Below the pieces are notes generated by a model, which worked only from the letters and a program-made list of their open reading frames with translations, ran no database searches and had not been told where the DNA came from. Shown piece by piece: positions 21,085 to 31,616 of a stretch of 53,063 bases of DNA (position 1 is the stretch's first letter; each line of letters opens with the position of its first letter). The DNA comes from Brevinematales bacterium (GTDB taxonomy: Bacteria; Spirochaetota; Brevinematia; Brevinematales; JAOACQ01), in assembly GCA_026417755.1 (NCBI GenBank), contig JAOACQ010000022.1, positions 1 to 53,063 on the forward strand, read 5' to 3'. A program made the position numbers and the translations under genes.

Positions 21085-22272
21085 TTAATCTCCCGAATCA
21101 GAAAGTTCAACCTGTGGAACAGGGAATTTTTCAAGAATAAACTTCTGAGCTGTATAAACACTTTTTCCGAACTCAAACTTATACCCAAGCTCTTTTAATG
21201 CAAGTTCCATCGCCTGAAGTTCCACAACTATATCACTCTTGTCAGTATAACCAAGATGCCCAAGCCTGAATATCTTTCCTTTCATAGAACCCTGACCACC
21301 AGCTATTGTAACTCCATACTTATCCCTCATTAATGCCGGGATCTTTCCACCATCAATGCCATCAGGTACCCTTACAGCCGTAACAGCATCAGTAGGTCTA
21401 ACATGCGGAACCTCGGGGAACAACTTTAGGCCAATAGATTGGACAGCTTCCCTGAAACATTCAGCAACAAGTGCATGTCTTTTAATAACATTATCCATCC
21501 CTTCTTCAAGCATCATTTTCAACGCATAATTTAATCCAATAAAAAGTGTAATAGCCGGTGTCCATGCTGTTGTTTGCTTTTCAAGATTCTTTTTTTCCTT
21601 AGCAAGATCAAAATAATATCTGGGTAACTTTGCATTTTTCATCTTTTCTGCGGCTTTATCAGAATACGAGATAAATGCTAAGCCGGGTGGTATCATAAAA
21701 GATTTCTGGGCTCCAGCTATAGCAATATCAACCCCCCATTCATCCATTTCAAATTCCATTGCTCCAATCGCCGTTATTCCATCTATAACAAATATTGCGT
21801 CTGTCTTACCCACAACTTTTGCTATATTCTTTATGTCGAAAGCAACACCAGTTGAAGTCTCACTATATTCTGTATAAACCCCCTTCGTGTCAGGATTTTC
21901 CTTTAAGGCTTTCTCAACTTCACTAGCCTTTATGTCACTTCCATATTCGGCCTTAAGCTCTATAACATTAAGTTTATAGGCTCTACCGATTTCAGCGAAT
22001 CTTTCACCAAACTTTCCAGCTGAAAGAACTATAATTTTATCTCCTTCCGACATAAAGTTAGTAATAGATGACTCCATTGCCCCTGTTCCTGATGAAGTAA
22101 GAGTAAGAACTGAATTCTTTGTCTTAAAAACCTTTTTGAGCATCTCTGCATTTTCTGAAACAATCTGTGAAAATTGAGGTGTCCTGTGATGCATTAAAGG
22201 TTTTGACATCTCAGCAAGTATCTCATTTGGAACTGCCGTAGGACCAGGTGCACACAAAAACTTCTTAATCAT
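21085..22272 (-). CDS. Class V PLP aminotransferase (serine-pyruvate/alanine-glyoxylate family)
   Basis: PGPT, SSGTGAME, ETSTG, GAQKSF (PLP Lys), FRLGHLG. Confidence 0.92.
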   Translation of the reverse strand: MIKKFLCAPGPTAVPNEILAEMSKPLMHHRTPQFSQIVSENAEMLKKVFKTKNSVLTLTSSGTGAMESSITNFMSEGDKIIVLSAGKFGERFAEIGRAYKLNVIELKAEYGSDIKASEVEKALKENPDTKGVYTEYSETSTGVAFDIKNIAKVVGKTDAIFVIDGITAIGAMEFEMDEWGVDIAIAGAQKSFMIPPGLAFISYSDKAAEKMKNAKLPRYYFDLAKEKKNLEKQTTAWTPAITLFIGLNYALKMMLEEGMDNVIKRHALVAECFREAVQSIGLKLFPEVPHVRPTDAVTAVRVPDGIDGGKIPALMRDKYGVTIAGGQGSMKGKIFRLGHLGYTDKSDIVVELQAMELALKELGYKFEFGKSVYTAQKFILEKFPVPQVELSDSGD

Positions 22273-22509
22273 AACTTTCCTCCAAAAATAGATTTGAGAA
22301 AAACAAAGACAAGAATTTTTAATAGATATTATAACCTGAATAAGGTTTAAATGTCAATTTTTCAATTGAAAGAGGATTTTTTCCAAATTCACATTTATCT
22401 TAATTATTTTTATAATAAAACACACCTTTAATTAATTATAAGTAAGATTGTTATTTGTTAAGAATAGCAATATTTCAAAGTTTGCCAACAATTTTTCTTT
22501 TGAAAAAGT

Positions 22510-22554
22510 TGAAGGGGTAGCCCAAAAAAACTTCTTTTTGAGTTTACCCCTTCA
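22510..22554 (-). terminator. Hairpin/terminator downstream of the lipoprotein gene
   Basis: TGAAGGGGTA...TACCCCTTCA stem extended by CCCAAAAA/TTTTTGAG; T run follows on the minus strand. Confidence 0.7.
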
Positions 22555-22571
22555 TATTTTCCTCTTTTATA

Positions 22572-23891
22572 TTAAAAATTTGGAATAGTTCTATTTGTAA
22601 TAATATAAATATAATTTGAATTTGTCCAGCTTTGGTAAATATTATTTAAATTTGGCTTTATAGCATTAACTCTATTTGACTCTTTAAAACTGAAATTTGA
22701 TAATGTTTCTTCTTGGAAACAAAGATAAGCTATATTTCCACCGGGGATCACCATATTATATTGAGTACTCCATATATACGATAACTCTTCCAACACTGAA
22801 ATTGGAATATCCGTATCATTTATATTATTATTTGTTTCAATCCACCAGGCATAATTAGTAAAGTACACTTGAACGTTTGTAGCTTTACCTTCCCAATGAG
22901 CATAATAAGTATTAACCGCTGTATTTGCCACCCCTCTTCCCACTTTATAAGAAGAATTTTTTAAGCTCAAATATTTTAAAGAATAATAAGAATTCGTAGA
23001 ATTTATAGTCTGATTATAAGTAAAAATGAGGTCACCAATATTATTATAAACCTCATCAGAAAAGTCTGTGCTACCTAAGACAGTATATCTTATGCCGGCT
23101 TTATCACTATCTGCATAACATAACCACAATAAAATTTCATCTTCACCGGAAGCCGCTAATACAAGGTTTATACCTGAAGAAATATTCCCATATGATTTAA
23201 AAAAATTATCAATATATGAAACATACTGATCAGTATAAAATGCCCCTTCCAAAAACTCATCGGTAGCTTCATTATAATATGCATACACTTTGTAAGAAGT
23301 ATTATCAACCTGTCCCTGTGTATTTATTTTACCTATTAAGTCAAAAGCCACTTTCGAGCCAACAGGATATACATGGAGATATATTTGATTATCTGTAACC
23401 AGTTGTGAGCTCATATCATTTGTCCATATACTGAACAAAAATTCAATACCTCCACCCCCATCTGTTCTAAACTTAACCTTGTTTGTATAAGATTCATTGG
23501 TCACAAATACTGTTTCTCCCTGCGGTATTGAGCCAAGTTTTGCTATATCTTTAAGCTGCTTTAAAATTTCCTGGGTACGGGTTTGTTTCTGCAACTGGAG
23601 TGCCAAGTTATTCCATAAACCAAGCCTAACTTTCTCAAATTCTGATGTATTAACTTCCATATTTTTAATGGAAAAAGACTTCAATTTTAAAGATTCATCT
23701 GAAAGGCTATCCGGCATATCTTTAAGTTTAAGCTTAAGATCAGGTATAGATTCTATAGTTTGAGAACCATCTGTTGTGGATATAACAATTCCTCTACTGG
23801 AGGTTGAACCTCCCGCACTCCCTCCAGAAGGCTGAGACGCACAAGAAAAAACAAATAAAAGAAAAACTACAAAAATAACTTTTCCCCTCAT
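22572..23891 (-). CDS. Hypothetical lipoprotein (Asn/Tyr/Ser-rich)
   Basis: MRGKVIFVVFLLFVFSC lipobox, Gly/Ser linker, SD GGAGGT; no family recognised. Confidence 0.75.
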   Translation of the reverse strand: MRGKVIFVVFLLFVFSCASQPSGGSAGGSTSSRGIVISTTDGSQTIESIPDLKLKLKDMPDSLSDESLKLKSFSIKNMEVNTSEFEKVRLGLWNNLALQLQKQTRTQEILKQLKDIAKLGSIPQGETVFVTNESYTNKVKFRTDGGGGIEFLFSIWTNDMSSQLVTDNQIYLHVYPVGSKVAFDLIGKINTQGQVDNTSYKVYAYYNEATDEFLEGAFYTDQYVSYIDNFFKSYGNISSGINLVLAASGEDEILLWLCYADSDKAGIRYTVLGSTDFSDEVYNNIGDLIFTYNQTINSTNSYYSLKYLSLKNSSYKVGRGVANTAVNTYYAHWEGKATNVQVYFTNYAWWIETNNNINDTDIPISVLEELSYIWSTQYNMVIPGGNIAYLCFQEETLSNFSFKESNRVNAIKPNLNNIYQSWTNSNYIYIITNRTIPNF

Positions 23892-24105
23892 AATATACCT
23901 CCTTTTACATAACTTTAACACCTAAAAAAACATAAATTATTTCTCTACTAAAATAGTAGCTTTATATTCTCAATAAGTCAAGTAAATTTGAAAATTTTTC
24001 TATAAAAAATAATATTCTTAAAAGATAAGGATTTATTTTTGCAAAAACTATTGTGATTTTTAGTTAAGAGAGTTATAATTACTAAAAAAGGGGTAAGGGG
24101 GTAGA

Positions 24106-25458
24106 TTGTCTGAGAATAAAAAAACAATTTTACTTGTCGAAGATGAAGTTTTAATAGCTTTATCAAATCAAGAAATGCTAAATAATCTTAGTTATAATGT
24201 TATAAGAGCCAATTCTGGAGAATTAGCTATAGAATTAGCTTTAAAAAATGATATATCCTTAGTTCTTATGGATATTGACTTAGGTAAAGGTATGGATGGG
24301 ACCGAAGCTGCTTCTATCATTTTAAAAGAAAAAGATATTCCTATAATTTTTTTAACAAACCATATAGAAAAAGAATACATCGAAAAAGCAGAAAAAATAA
24401 CCTCTTATGGTTATATTATCAAAAATTCTCCCCCTCCAGTTATAGATGCTTCAATAAAAATGGCATTTCGACTTTACGAAACAAGAAATGAGTTTAAAGA
24501 AATCTTCAATGCCACAAACGAAGCTATTTTCATCGATGACGCAACAAATGGAAAAATGATAAAAGCAAACAAAAGAAGTCTCGAGATGTATGGTTTTTCT
24601 TCTGAAGCAGAAATCTTAGAAGGCAATATAGGGAACATAAGTGCCAATATCCCTCCATACTCCGAAGAAAAAGCCCAAGAATTAATAAAAAAAGCAATAG
24701 AAGGAGAACCACAAACCTTTGAATGGCTGGCAAAAAAGAAAAATGGTGAAACATTCTGGGTAGAAGTTTCTTTAAAATACACAACAATTAATTCCAACAA
24801 AAGAGTTATAGCTGTCGTCAGAGATATAAATGAAAGAAAAAAAAGTGAAGAAAAAATCAACAATCTACTTAAAGAAAAAGAAATTCTCTTAAAAGAAGCC
24901 CATCATAGAATAAAAAACAATATGAATACAATTGCCTCTCTCATATTTTTACAGGCGAATAAAGCTGACAATATCTCAATCAAAAATTTTCTCTTGAGTT
25001 TAAAAAATAGAATAAATACTATGAGTGTACTTTATGATAAATTATACCATTCCCATTCCATAGAGAAAGCAAATGTTATGGAATATCTTACGACTTTAAT
25101 TAATGACATTTTGTCAACCTCTAACCTCAATGGTAAAATAAAAACAAGAATAGATATTCAAGAAATATGGCTGGAAGCAAAGATTTTGTTTCCTCTGGGT
25201 ATAATTGTAAATGAACTTATAACAAACTCAATAAAACATGCTTTCCAACAACAGGATAAATGCGAGATAAAAATATCTTTCTCAATAGAAAACAATAAAG
25301 CAACACTAATTGTTTCAGACAACGGTTGTGGTATAAATAAAGAAAAATTTAATGGATTTGGGCTAGAGCTTGTAAAATTGCTTGTTTCACAATTAAATGG
25401 TTATTTTTCAATTAACAGTTCAAAAGGAACCACGTCAAAAATAGAATTTTATCTTTAA
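24106..25458 (+). CDS. Hybrid REC-PAS-HisKA_2 histidine kinase
   Basis: LLVEDE...MDIDL receiver, PAS/PAC, EAHHRIKNN, NELITNSIKHAF, DNGCG; TTG start. Confidence 0.9.
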   Translation: MSENKKTILLVEDEVLIALSNQEMLNNLSYNVIRANSGELAIELALKNDISLVLMDIDLGKGMDGTEAASIILKEKDIPIIFLTNHIEKEYIEKAEKITSYGYIIKNSPPPVIDASIKMAFRLYETRNEFKEIFNATNEAIFIDDATNGKMIKANKRSLEMYGFSSEAEILEGNIGNISANIPPYSEEKAQELIKKAIEGEPQTFEWLAKKKNGETFWVEVSLKYTTINSNKRVIAVVRDINERKKSEEKINNLLKEKEILLKEAHHRIKNNMNTIASLIFLQANKADNISIKNFLLSLKNRINTMSVLYDKLYHSHSIEKANVMEYLTTLINDILSTSNLNGKIKTRIDIQEIWLEAKILFPLGIIVNELITNSIKHAFQQQDKCEIKISFSIENNKATLIVSDNGCGINKEKFNGFGLELVKLLVSQLNGYFSINSSKGTTSKIEFYL

Positions 25459-25500
25459 AAACTTTATAATTTAAGTCTCAATTTATTTTAAGGTGGACAT

Positions 25501-26835
25501 ATGATAGACAAAAATATCCTTTTAGTTGGTTTTACTAAGAGAACATCTTTTGCAGTTGCAAAAATTCTAGGAAAAAATAACAAAATCTTTATTTCAGATA
25601 GTGTGAGCAATGAAGAAAAATTATCTTTAATCAAGGAACTTGAAAGTTATGGAATAAATCTCACCAATCTTCTTGGTAATCAATCAAAAGAGATCTTAAA
25701 TGAATACAAAATTGATTTGATAATTGTGAGCCCGGGTGTTCCGCTTAATATACCTCTTTTAATATCCGCGAAGCAAAAAAACATTGAGGTTATCGGTGAT
25801 ATTGAGCTTTTTTACAGATTCTTTCCTTCAAATATTTATATCGGCATAACGGGCACAGATGGTAAAACAACCACAACAACCCTTGTTTATGAGTTGTTGA
25901 AAACTGAGCAAAAAACTCTTCTTGGCGGAAATATAGGTTTACCGGTTTTTGAACTCTTCAATGAAATAAAAAATGATGATAAAATAGTTCTTGAACTCTC
26001 AAGTTTTCAACTTGAAGCAATAAAAAATTTCAAACCACATATTGGATTATTTCTCAATCTTGCAGAAGATCATCTTGATAGATATTCCTCTATGGAAGAA
26101 TATCTGAACGCAAAAAAAAGAATTTTTATGAATCAGACAGAAGAAGATTTTGCAATAGTAAACCTTGACTCACCATACTATGAAAAGATAATTAAAGGAG
26201 TAAAATCAAAAATTCTCACTTTCAGTATAACAAATGAAAATGCGACAATCTATTACAAAGATAATACCATTTTTTACGAAAAAAAGCCTTTCATTGATAG
26301 AGATGAAATATTCATTAAAGGAATTCACAATGTTGAAAACTCTATGGCTGCAATTCTTGCTGCTAAATTGATGGGTGTCTCTGAAGCTAATATAAAAAAT
26401 GTCTTAAAAAATTTTAAAGGTGTTGAACATCGCCTTGAATTTGTAAGAAATATTAATGGAGTAGATTATTACAACGATTCAAAATCCACAACCGTTAATT
26501 CTCTTGAAAAAGCATTGTTAAGTTTTGATAGACCAATAATACTTATAGCGGGAGGTAGAGACAAGGGTCTTGATTTCACAAAGATAAAAGAGCTTGCTCA
26601 CAAGAAACTAAAAACTTTAGTCTTAATCGGTGAAGCAAAGGATAAGATAAAAAAAGAACTTGATTTTAAAGAATCTTTTTATGCTTCTGACTTAGAAGAA
26701 GCCGTAAAAATATCAAAACAAAAATCTTCACCAGGAGATATAATACTTCTTTCTCCCGGCTGTGCAAGTTTTGATATGTTTAAAAACTACGAAGAAAGAG
26801 GAAAGGTGTATAAAGAAATAGTAAACAAACTATAA
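25501..26835 (+). CDS. murD: UDP-N-acetylmuramoyl-L-alanine--D-glutamate ligase
   Basis: VSPGVP, GITGTDGKTTT, GGNIG, LELSSFQL, DHLDRY, NDSKST, SPGCASFDMF. Confidence 0.96.
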   Translation: MIDKNILLVGFTKRTSFAVAKILGKNNKIFISDSVSNEEKLSLIKELESYGINLTNLLGNQSKEILNEYKIDLIIVSPGVPLNIPLLISAKQKNIEVIGDIELFYRFFPSNIYIGITGTDGKTTTTTLVYELLKTEQKTLLGGNIGLPVFELFNEIKNDDKIVLELSSFQLEAIKNFKPHIGLFLNLAEDHLDRYSSMEEYLNAKKRIFMNQTEEDFAIVNLDSPYYEKIIKGVKSKILTFSITNENATIYYKDNTIFYEKKPFIDRDEIFIKGIHNVENSMAAILAAKLMGVSEANIKNVLKNFKGVEHRLEFVRNINGVDYYNDSKSTTVNSLEKALLSFDRPIILIAGGRDKGLDFTKIKELAHKKLKTLVLIGEAKDKIKKELDFKESFYASDLEEAVKISKQKSSPGDIILLSPGCASFDMFKNYEERGKVYKEIVNKL

Positions 26836-27117
26836 GACTTTGATTTCCTTTGAAACTTTTGAAAATCTCCTATCAAACTGCCCAAGTGTTTCAGCTACTT
26901 TCTTTCTTACATAATACAAACCACCGGCATACTTTACAATAATACCATCGTATATGATCTTTGTCCTTTGAGAGACATAATTAACCCTTCCTACCACCTC
27001 AACCTTTTTCCAATCTGCACAGGTAACCAGTTCCGGCAACTTGGTCAGAGTTGCCCCTTCAATGCTATCATTTTTGATAGCATCAACATACATTTTGGCC
27101 AATGCTGCTGCATCCAT
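26830..27117 (-). CDS. Hypothetical protein
   Basis: AAGGAG SD, protein-like composition, 95 aa; no family recognised. Confidence 0.7.
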   Translation of the reverse strand: MDAAALAKMYVDAIKNDSIEGATLTKLPELVTCADWKKVEVVGRVNYVSQRTKIIYDGIIVKYAGGLYYVRKKVAETLGQFDRRFSKVSKEIKVL

Positions 27118-27147
27118 AACTTTTTCTCCTTAAAATCAAAAAAGAGA

Positions 27148-27331
27148 ACACCCGGGGTACCGTAAGAAGATTCCCGGTTTCCTAAAATTATTAGAAACCT
27201 CTATCCATACTTCCTGTTTCCCCTTTCTATCCAAATAGGTAGTAGAAGAAGCAATTCCATATAGAGCTCGAGGTTTCACAATTATGGATACCGATTCCGG
27301 AAATATGTTTCTACACGAATACCCCAGGAAC
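27148..27331 (-). ncRNA. ssrS: 6S RNA
   Basis: About 185-nt rod: closing stem CCUGGGGUAUUCGUG/UACGGUACCCCGGG, UUUCCGG/CCGGGAA, an AU-rich central bubble, then GAAACCUC/GAGGUUUC; GC-richer than its flanks. Confidence 0.82.
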
Positions 27332-27337
27332 AAAATA

Positions 27338-27793
27338 TTAAAACTTAATAAAATCAAAGAATAAAAACCACCTCAATGGTGTAACAATTGCATCAAAAAA
27401 TGCAATTGGTATCATAGTGTGAATTTTTAAAATTTTGAAAAAGTCAAGATAATCAACAATAAGCCCAATTACCAGCCAGCCCTGAATAATTCCAAAGATA
27501 AACCCTACAAAATGCCCAAGAATTGATGGTTTTGTTTTTTCAGCTGGCTTTATAGCACTTTGTAAAACAATAAAGAAAATAACAAAACCTATTCCACCAA
27601 CTATATAAGAAACAAGTCTCATATCAGAAATGAACTGTGCTATTTTAACAATTATTGCAGAGAGAACCATTGGCAAAGCTATTTTTAAAAACCAGTTAAA
27701 CCCAAACTTCATTCCATTTTTAGTGTTAACATAAGCAAAAGCAGATAAAATTCCGACAAATGCAATTAAAAAAATGATATACTCTCTTGTCAT
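27338..27793 (-). CDS. CvpA-like membrane protein
   Basis: Four hydrophobic helices and the LGHFVGFIFGIIQG motif; own promoter TTGACT-17-TAATAT near 27825-27853. Confidence 0.55.
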   Translation of the reverse strand: MTREYIIFLIAFVGILSAFAYVNTKNGMKFGFNWFLKIALPMVLSAIIVKIAQFISDMRLVSYIVGGIGFVIFFIVLQSAIKPAEKTKPSILGHFVGFIFGIIQGWLVIGLIVDYLDFFKILKIHTMIPIAFFDAIVTPLRWFLFFDFIKF

Positions 27794-27864
27794 TTTTTAT
27801 TCCTCCAATAAATTTTCTTTTTTTATATTACAGGAAAATGCTTAAAAAGTCAAGGATAAAAGGG

Positions 27865-28680
27865 TTATTTACTGTTAATTGAAATTATTTCTCTGATTCT
27901 CGATATTAAAGTTGCTTTTCCACTGTTTACCTGAATATCTATTGCTACTCCCTCAATTATGTTTGCACTACTGTCTGCTGGGGAAAATTTGACAGGAAGA
28001 TGTTGAATAACCTTTCTATATGACTCTTCAATTTTCATTCCGATCACTGAATCTCTTGCCCCGCACATACCAATATCGGTAATATATGCCGTTCCTTTCG
28101 GTAAGATTCTTTCGTCTGACGTTTGTATATGAGTATGTGTCCCCCATACAGCTGTAACTCTACCATCAAAATACCAGCCAAAAACCTGCTTTTCACTTGT
28201 TGCTTCTGCATGAAAATCAACTAAAATAATTTTTACATTGTTTTCTTTGAGATAATTAAGTTGACTTTCTACAGTTCTGAATGGGCAGTCAATAGCATCC
28301 ATAAAAATTCTTCCCATCGCATTAATAATTGCTATTTTGGTATTAGATTTTTCGATAATTGTCATCCCACTTCCGGGAGTTCCGGGCGGGTAATTGATTG
28401 GTCTGATTAAGTTTGGATATTTATCTATAAAATTAAAAATTTCCTTCTTCTGCCATATATGATTACCACTTGTTATTACATCAACCCCCATATTAAAAAA
28501 GGATTTTACAATTTCTTCAGTAATACCAAAACCATGGGCTGAATTCTCTCCATTCAAAATAATCAGATCAGGAAGATATTTCTCTCTCATCTTATGAATT
28601 GAATTTGCAAAAACTTTTCTTCCTGGTTCTCCAATTATATCACCAAATGCTAAAATTCTTAAAATTCCTTCTGGTTTCAC
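27865..28680 (-). CDS. ymdB: YmdB/TIGR00282 family metallophosphoesterase
   Basis: GDIIGEPG, NGENSAHG, TSGNH, DFHAEATSEK, GTHTH, YITDIGM. Confidence 0.93.
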   Translation of the reverse strand: MKPEGILRILAFGDIIGEPGRKVFANSIHKMREKYLPDLIILNGENSAHGFGITEEIVKSFFNMGVDVITSGNHIWQKKEIFNFIDKYPNLIRPINYPPGTPGSGMTIIEKSNTKIAIINAMGRIFMDAIDCPFRTVESQLNYLKENNVKIILVDFHAEATSEKQVFGWYFDGRVTAVWGTHTHIQTSDERILPKGTAYITDIGMCGARDSVIGMKIEESYRKVIQHLPVKFSPADSSANIIEGVAIDIQVNSGKATLISRIREIISINSK

Positions 28681-28689
28681 ATTTTATCC

Positions 28690-31524
28690 TTATTTTAAAA
28701 TTTCTGAGGCTTTAGCAGTCCATTCAGACGAAGGATAATTGTCCTTAAGTCTCTGAACATACCTTTTAGCCGTCTCTAACTTTCCGAGTTTATAGTTTGA
28801 GAAAGCTATACCATATAAAGCCTTTGGGTATAGAGAGGTAACTTTATAAACCTGAAATATTGAAGTTAACTTATCTATTGCTTCCGTATATTTACCATCC
28901 TCTATATCGTAAAAAGCCAATTCAGTCGTAGCAATTGCAGCTTCCTCTTTAGTAGTTAAGCCAATAATTTCTTTATAAACTTTTATTGATTCTTCTTTTT
29001 GGTTCCTTTCTTTATAATAGTTTGCCAATTTAAGCATTATTTGAACTTTAGCATCTTTTGTTTTTGCTTCCTTAATAGATAATTTATAATATTCCTCTTC
29101 ATTACCCTGACTCTGATATTTAATCTTAATTTCAGATAGCATTGGTTTAGCCTTCTCAGTCTCATAAGATGAAGGATAATTTTTGATAAGTTTTTCAAGA
29201 GTTTCTATACTCATTGAAAGATTGTTCCATTCATAATAAATGGTGGCTATTCTCAAAAGTACATCAGGAGTATATTCTCCCTTAGGAAATAAATTAACAT
29301 ATTTCTCAAAATATTCCATTGCTCTCTTTTTGTCATTCATATTAAGATAACACCAGCCAGCCCAATAATAAGAAAGGGAAACAAAATTAGCATCATAATT
29401 TAAATCAATGATTTTTTGATAATAATTCAAAGCTCTTTTGAAATCAGAAATATTAAAATAATATTCCGCAAGTTTAAATAAAGATTCAGAAGTAGCTGGG
29501 CTATTAGGATATTTTTCTATAAGCTCTTCGTAATATTGATATGCCTTTGAAAAGTCACCAGATTTCACTAAAGACCATGCCATATCAGAAATCAAAGAGG
29601 GTAGTTCATTTGTAAGACCAGTTTCATATGAAAAATAGTAAGCCTTCTCAAAATAGAAAAAGGCATTTTTATAATCATTCAGATTGTAATAAGATTTACC
29701 AACAGCTCTAATGCTATCATTTGAGGATAAACTATCCAAGGCGTAAGAAATAGAATTCGTAAAATTATCAATTGCAATTTTATATTCTCCGAGTCTGAAA
29801 TATCCCCACCCCTTTAAGTTAAAATAATCCCATTTCTTTGAAATAGTTATATTGTTGAGATAGTCCACAAGTTGTTTAAATTTTTCTTCTTTAAAATAAA
29901 TCCATCCTATTTTTAAAGCAGCTTCTTCAGAATACTCCGTATCTTTATAATTCTTATATACATTTTCAAAAATTTTTCTTGACTCCGTATAATTTTTTCT
30001 GTTATATTCAAGAATTCCTATGTTATAATTAGCTAGAGCAAGGTAAGTTCTATCCTTAGAAGTTTTTAATATCTTATCATAGTAGGATTTTGCCTTTTCA
30101 TAATTATTACCTTTTGTATATGCCCATCCTGCAAGCTGGTAGGCCTTTTCTTCTGGATAAGAACTTTTTAAAGTCAATAATTTTAGATAACTATTTGCAG
30201 CTTCTTCAAATTTCCCCATTGCTATATAACTATCTCCAGTCAAAATATATGAGCTGGCTCTTTCATCTGGAAGAACGTCATCCCTTAAAAGATATAACTC
30301 AACATCTTTTATTGTAGCGTCATAATTTCCCAATTCATAATTAACCTTTGCCCTGTAATAGAGAGCATCCTTATAAACCTTACTCACACTATATCTGTTT
30401 ATTACAATAGACAATTTGTCATAAGCAATTTTATAACTTTTCTTTTCATAATAAATTTCTCCACTCTTTTGCAAAGATAAAGGAGTAATCTCATCTTCTA
30501 TCCTATTCAGTGATTCAAATATATTAAGTGCTTCATCATAGTTCCCTTGTTCATATAGAGTCAACCCAATTTCATAGTTTACTTTCCTCTTATTTTTATC
30601 ATCAGCAATAGAAAGGGCTTTTTTTAAAAAGAAGATTGAGTTTTCATATTCTTTTAAATCTCTATATAATACACCAATCTTATAATTTATATCATAACTA
30701 TACTCTTTTGAATTAGTAAGATTCAACCACATATCAAGAGCTTCTCTGAATCTGTTAATCCTGACAAAAGAAGAACCCCCAAAATACAAAACATCTTCAT
30801 AATATGGAAAACTACTTTTATTTTTCAAACTCTCAAAAATCTGAGTAGCTTTTTCATTTTCATCCAAAAAATAGTAGGTTTTGCCTAGAAAAAATAAACC
30901 TTCCTCATAAAATGGAGAATTTTTAAAATTATCAACAAACTCCAGGAAAACTGTTTTGGCCTTTTTATAATTTTCATCATAAAAATAACTCTGCCCAAGC
31001 CTTAAATTTGATTCAGCTGTTTTTTCATCTTTTGGAAATTCTCTTATGAAATTCTCCCACTCTTTTGAAGCCTGTGTGTACTGATTCATAAACATAAGAA
31101 TATAAGCTATAGTAAATTTTGCATCCTTAACCCATTTGCCTTTTGGAAAAGAAGCTATATATTTTCTTAATCTGTTTAAGGCAGTTTCATAATCTTTTGT
31201 TTTATAATAATTTATAGCGATAAAAAAAGTGGCCTGTTCTTTATAGATCGTTTCGGGATATTTATTCAATAAATTGAGTAAATAGTTTATCGAATCTTTA
31301 TAATCTCCATTATAATGAAGTGCCAAAGAAAGGTAATACAATGTGCTTTCTTCATATTTTTTTTCTCTATCAGAAGCCAGAGTTTTTTTGAATAGGTCTA
31401 TTGCAAGACTGTATTTTCCAGCCTGATAAGCTGTTTTACCATTTTCAAAAAAATCCCTTGAGGTATATGAAAAAACTAAGCTAAATATCAATAAAAAAAT
31501 TATTATAAAACTCTTCTTTTCCAT
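28690..31524 (-). CDS. Large exported TPR protein
   Basis: Signal peptide MEKKSFIIIFLLIFSLVFS followed by many TPR/YfiO-type repeats. Confidence 0.88.
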   Translation of the reverse strand: MEKKSFIIIFLLIFSLVFSYTSRDFFENGKTAYQAGKYSLAIDLFKKTLASDREKKYEESTLYYLSLALHYNGDYKDSINYLLNLLNKYPETIYKEQATFFIAINYYKTKDYETALNRLRKYIASFPKGKWVKDAKFTIAYILMFMNQYTQASKEWENFIREFPKDEKTAESNLRLGQSYFYDENYKKAKTVFLEFVDNFKNSPFYEEGLFFLGKTYYFLDENEKATQIFESLKNKSSFPYYEDVLYFGGSSFVRINRFREALDMWLNLTNSKEYSYDINYKIGVLYRDLKEYENSIFFLKKALSIADDKNKRKVNYEIGLTLYEQGNYDEALNIFESLNRIEDEITPLSLQKSGEIYYEKKSYKIAYDKLSIVINRYSVSKVYKDALYYRAKVNYELGNYDATIKDVELYLLRDDVLPDERASSYILTGDSYIAMGKFEEAANSYLKLLTLKSSYPEEKAYQLAGWAYTKGNNYEKAKSYYDKILKTSKDRTYLALANYNIGILEYNRKNYTESRKIFENVYKNYKDTEYSEEAALKIGWIYFKEEKFKQLVDYLNNITISKKWDYFNLKGWGYFRLGEYKIAIDNFTNSISYALDSLSSNDSIRAVGKSYYNLNDYKNAFFYFEKAYYFSYETGLTNELPSLISDMAWSLVKSGDFSKAYQYYEELIEKYPNSPATSESLFKLAEYYFNISDFKRALNYYQKIIDLNYDANFVSLSYYWAGWCYLNMNDKKRAMEYFEKYVNLFPKGEYTPDVLLRIATIYYEWNNLSMSIETLEKLIKNYPSSYETEKAKPMLSEIKIKYQSQGNEEEYYKLSIKEAKTKDAKVQIMLKLANYYKERNQKEESIKVYKEIIGLTTKEEAAIATTELAFYDIEDGKYTEAIDKLTSIFQVYKVTSLYPKALYGIAFSNYKLGKLETAKRYVQRLKDNYPSSEWTAKASEILK

Positions 31525-31616
31525 ATTTTTAATTATAATTAAAAAAACAAAAAAAGACAATTTATTATTTATAACTTAAGAGAGTAAAAATCTCTTCTTT
31601 AAAAAACCTTGATTAA

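Noticed and set aside
22273-22509. Riboswitch or sRNA in the intergenic region upstream of the aminotransferase
   Set aside because: Very AT-rich; only a sigma70-like promoter is discernible and no conserved aptamer structure
23945-23959. CTACTAAAATAGTAG as a third copy of the ATACT-N3-AGTAT box
   Set aside because: Half-site spacing is 5 rather than 3 and the position relative to the -10 differs
27136-27357. 73-aa minus-strand ORF
   Set aside because: No SD or family motif; coincides with the structured 6S RNA
28690-31524. Repeat array or CRISPR-like periodicity
   Set aside because: Repetition is at the protein (TPR) level only; no direct-repeat/spacer array was seen anywhere in the window
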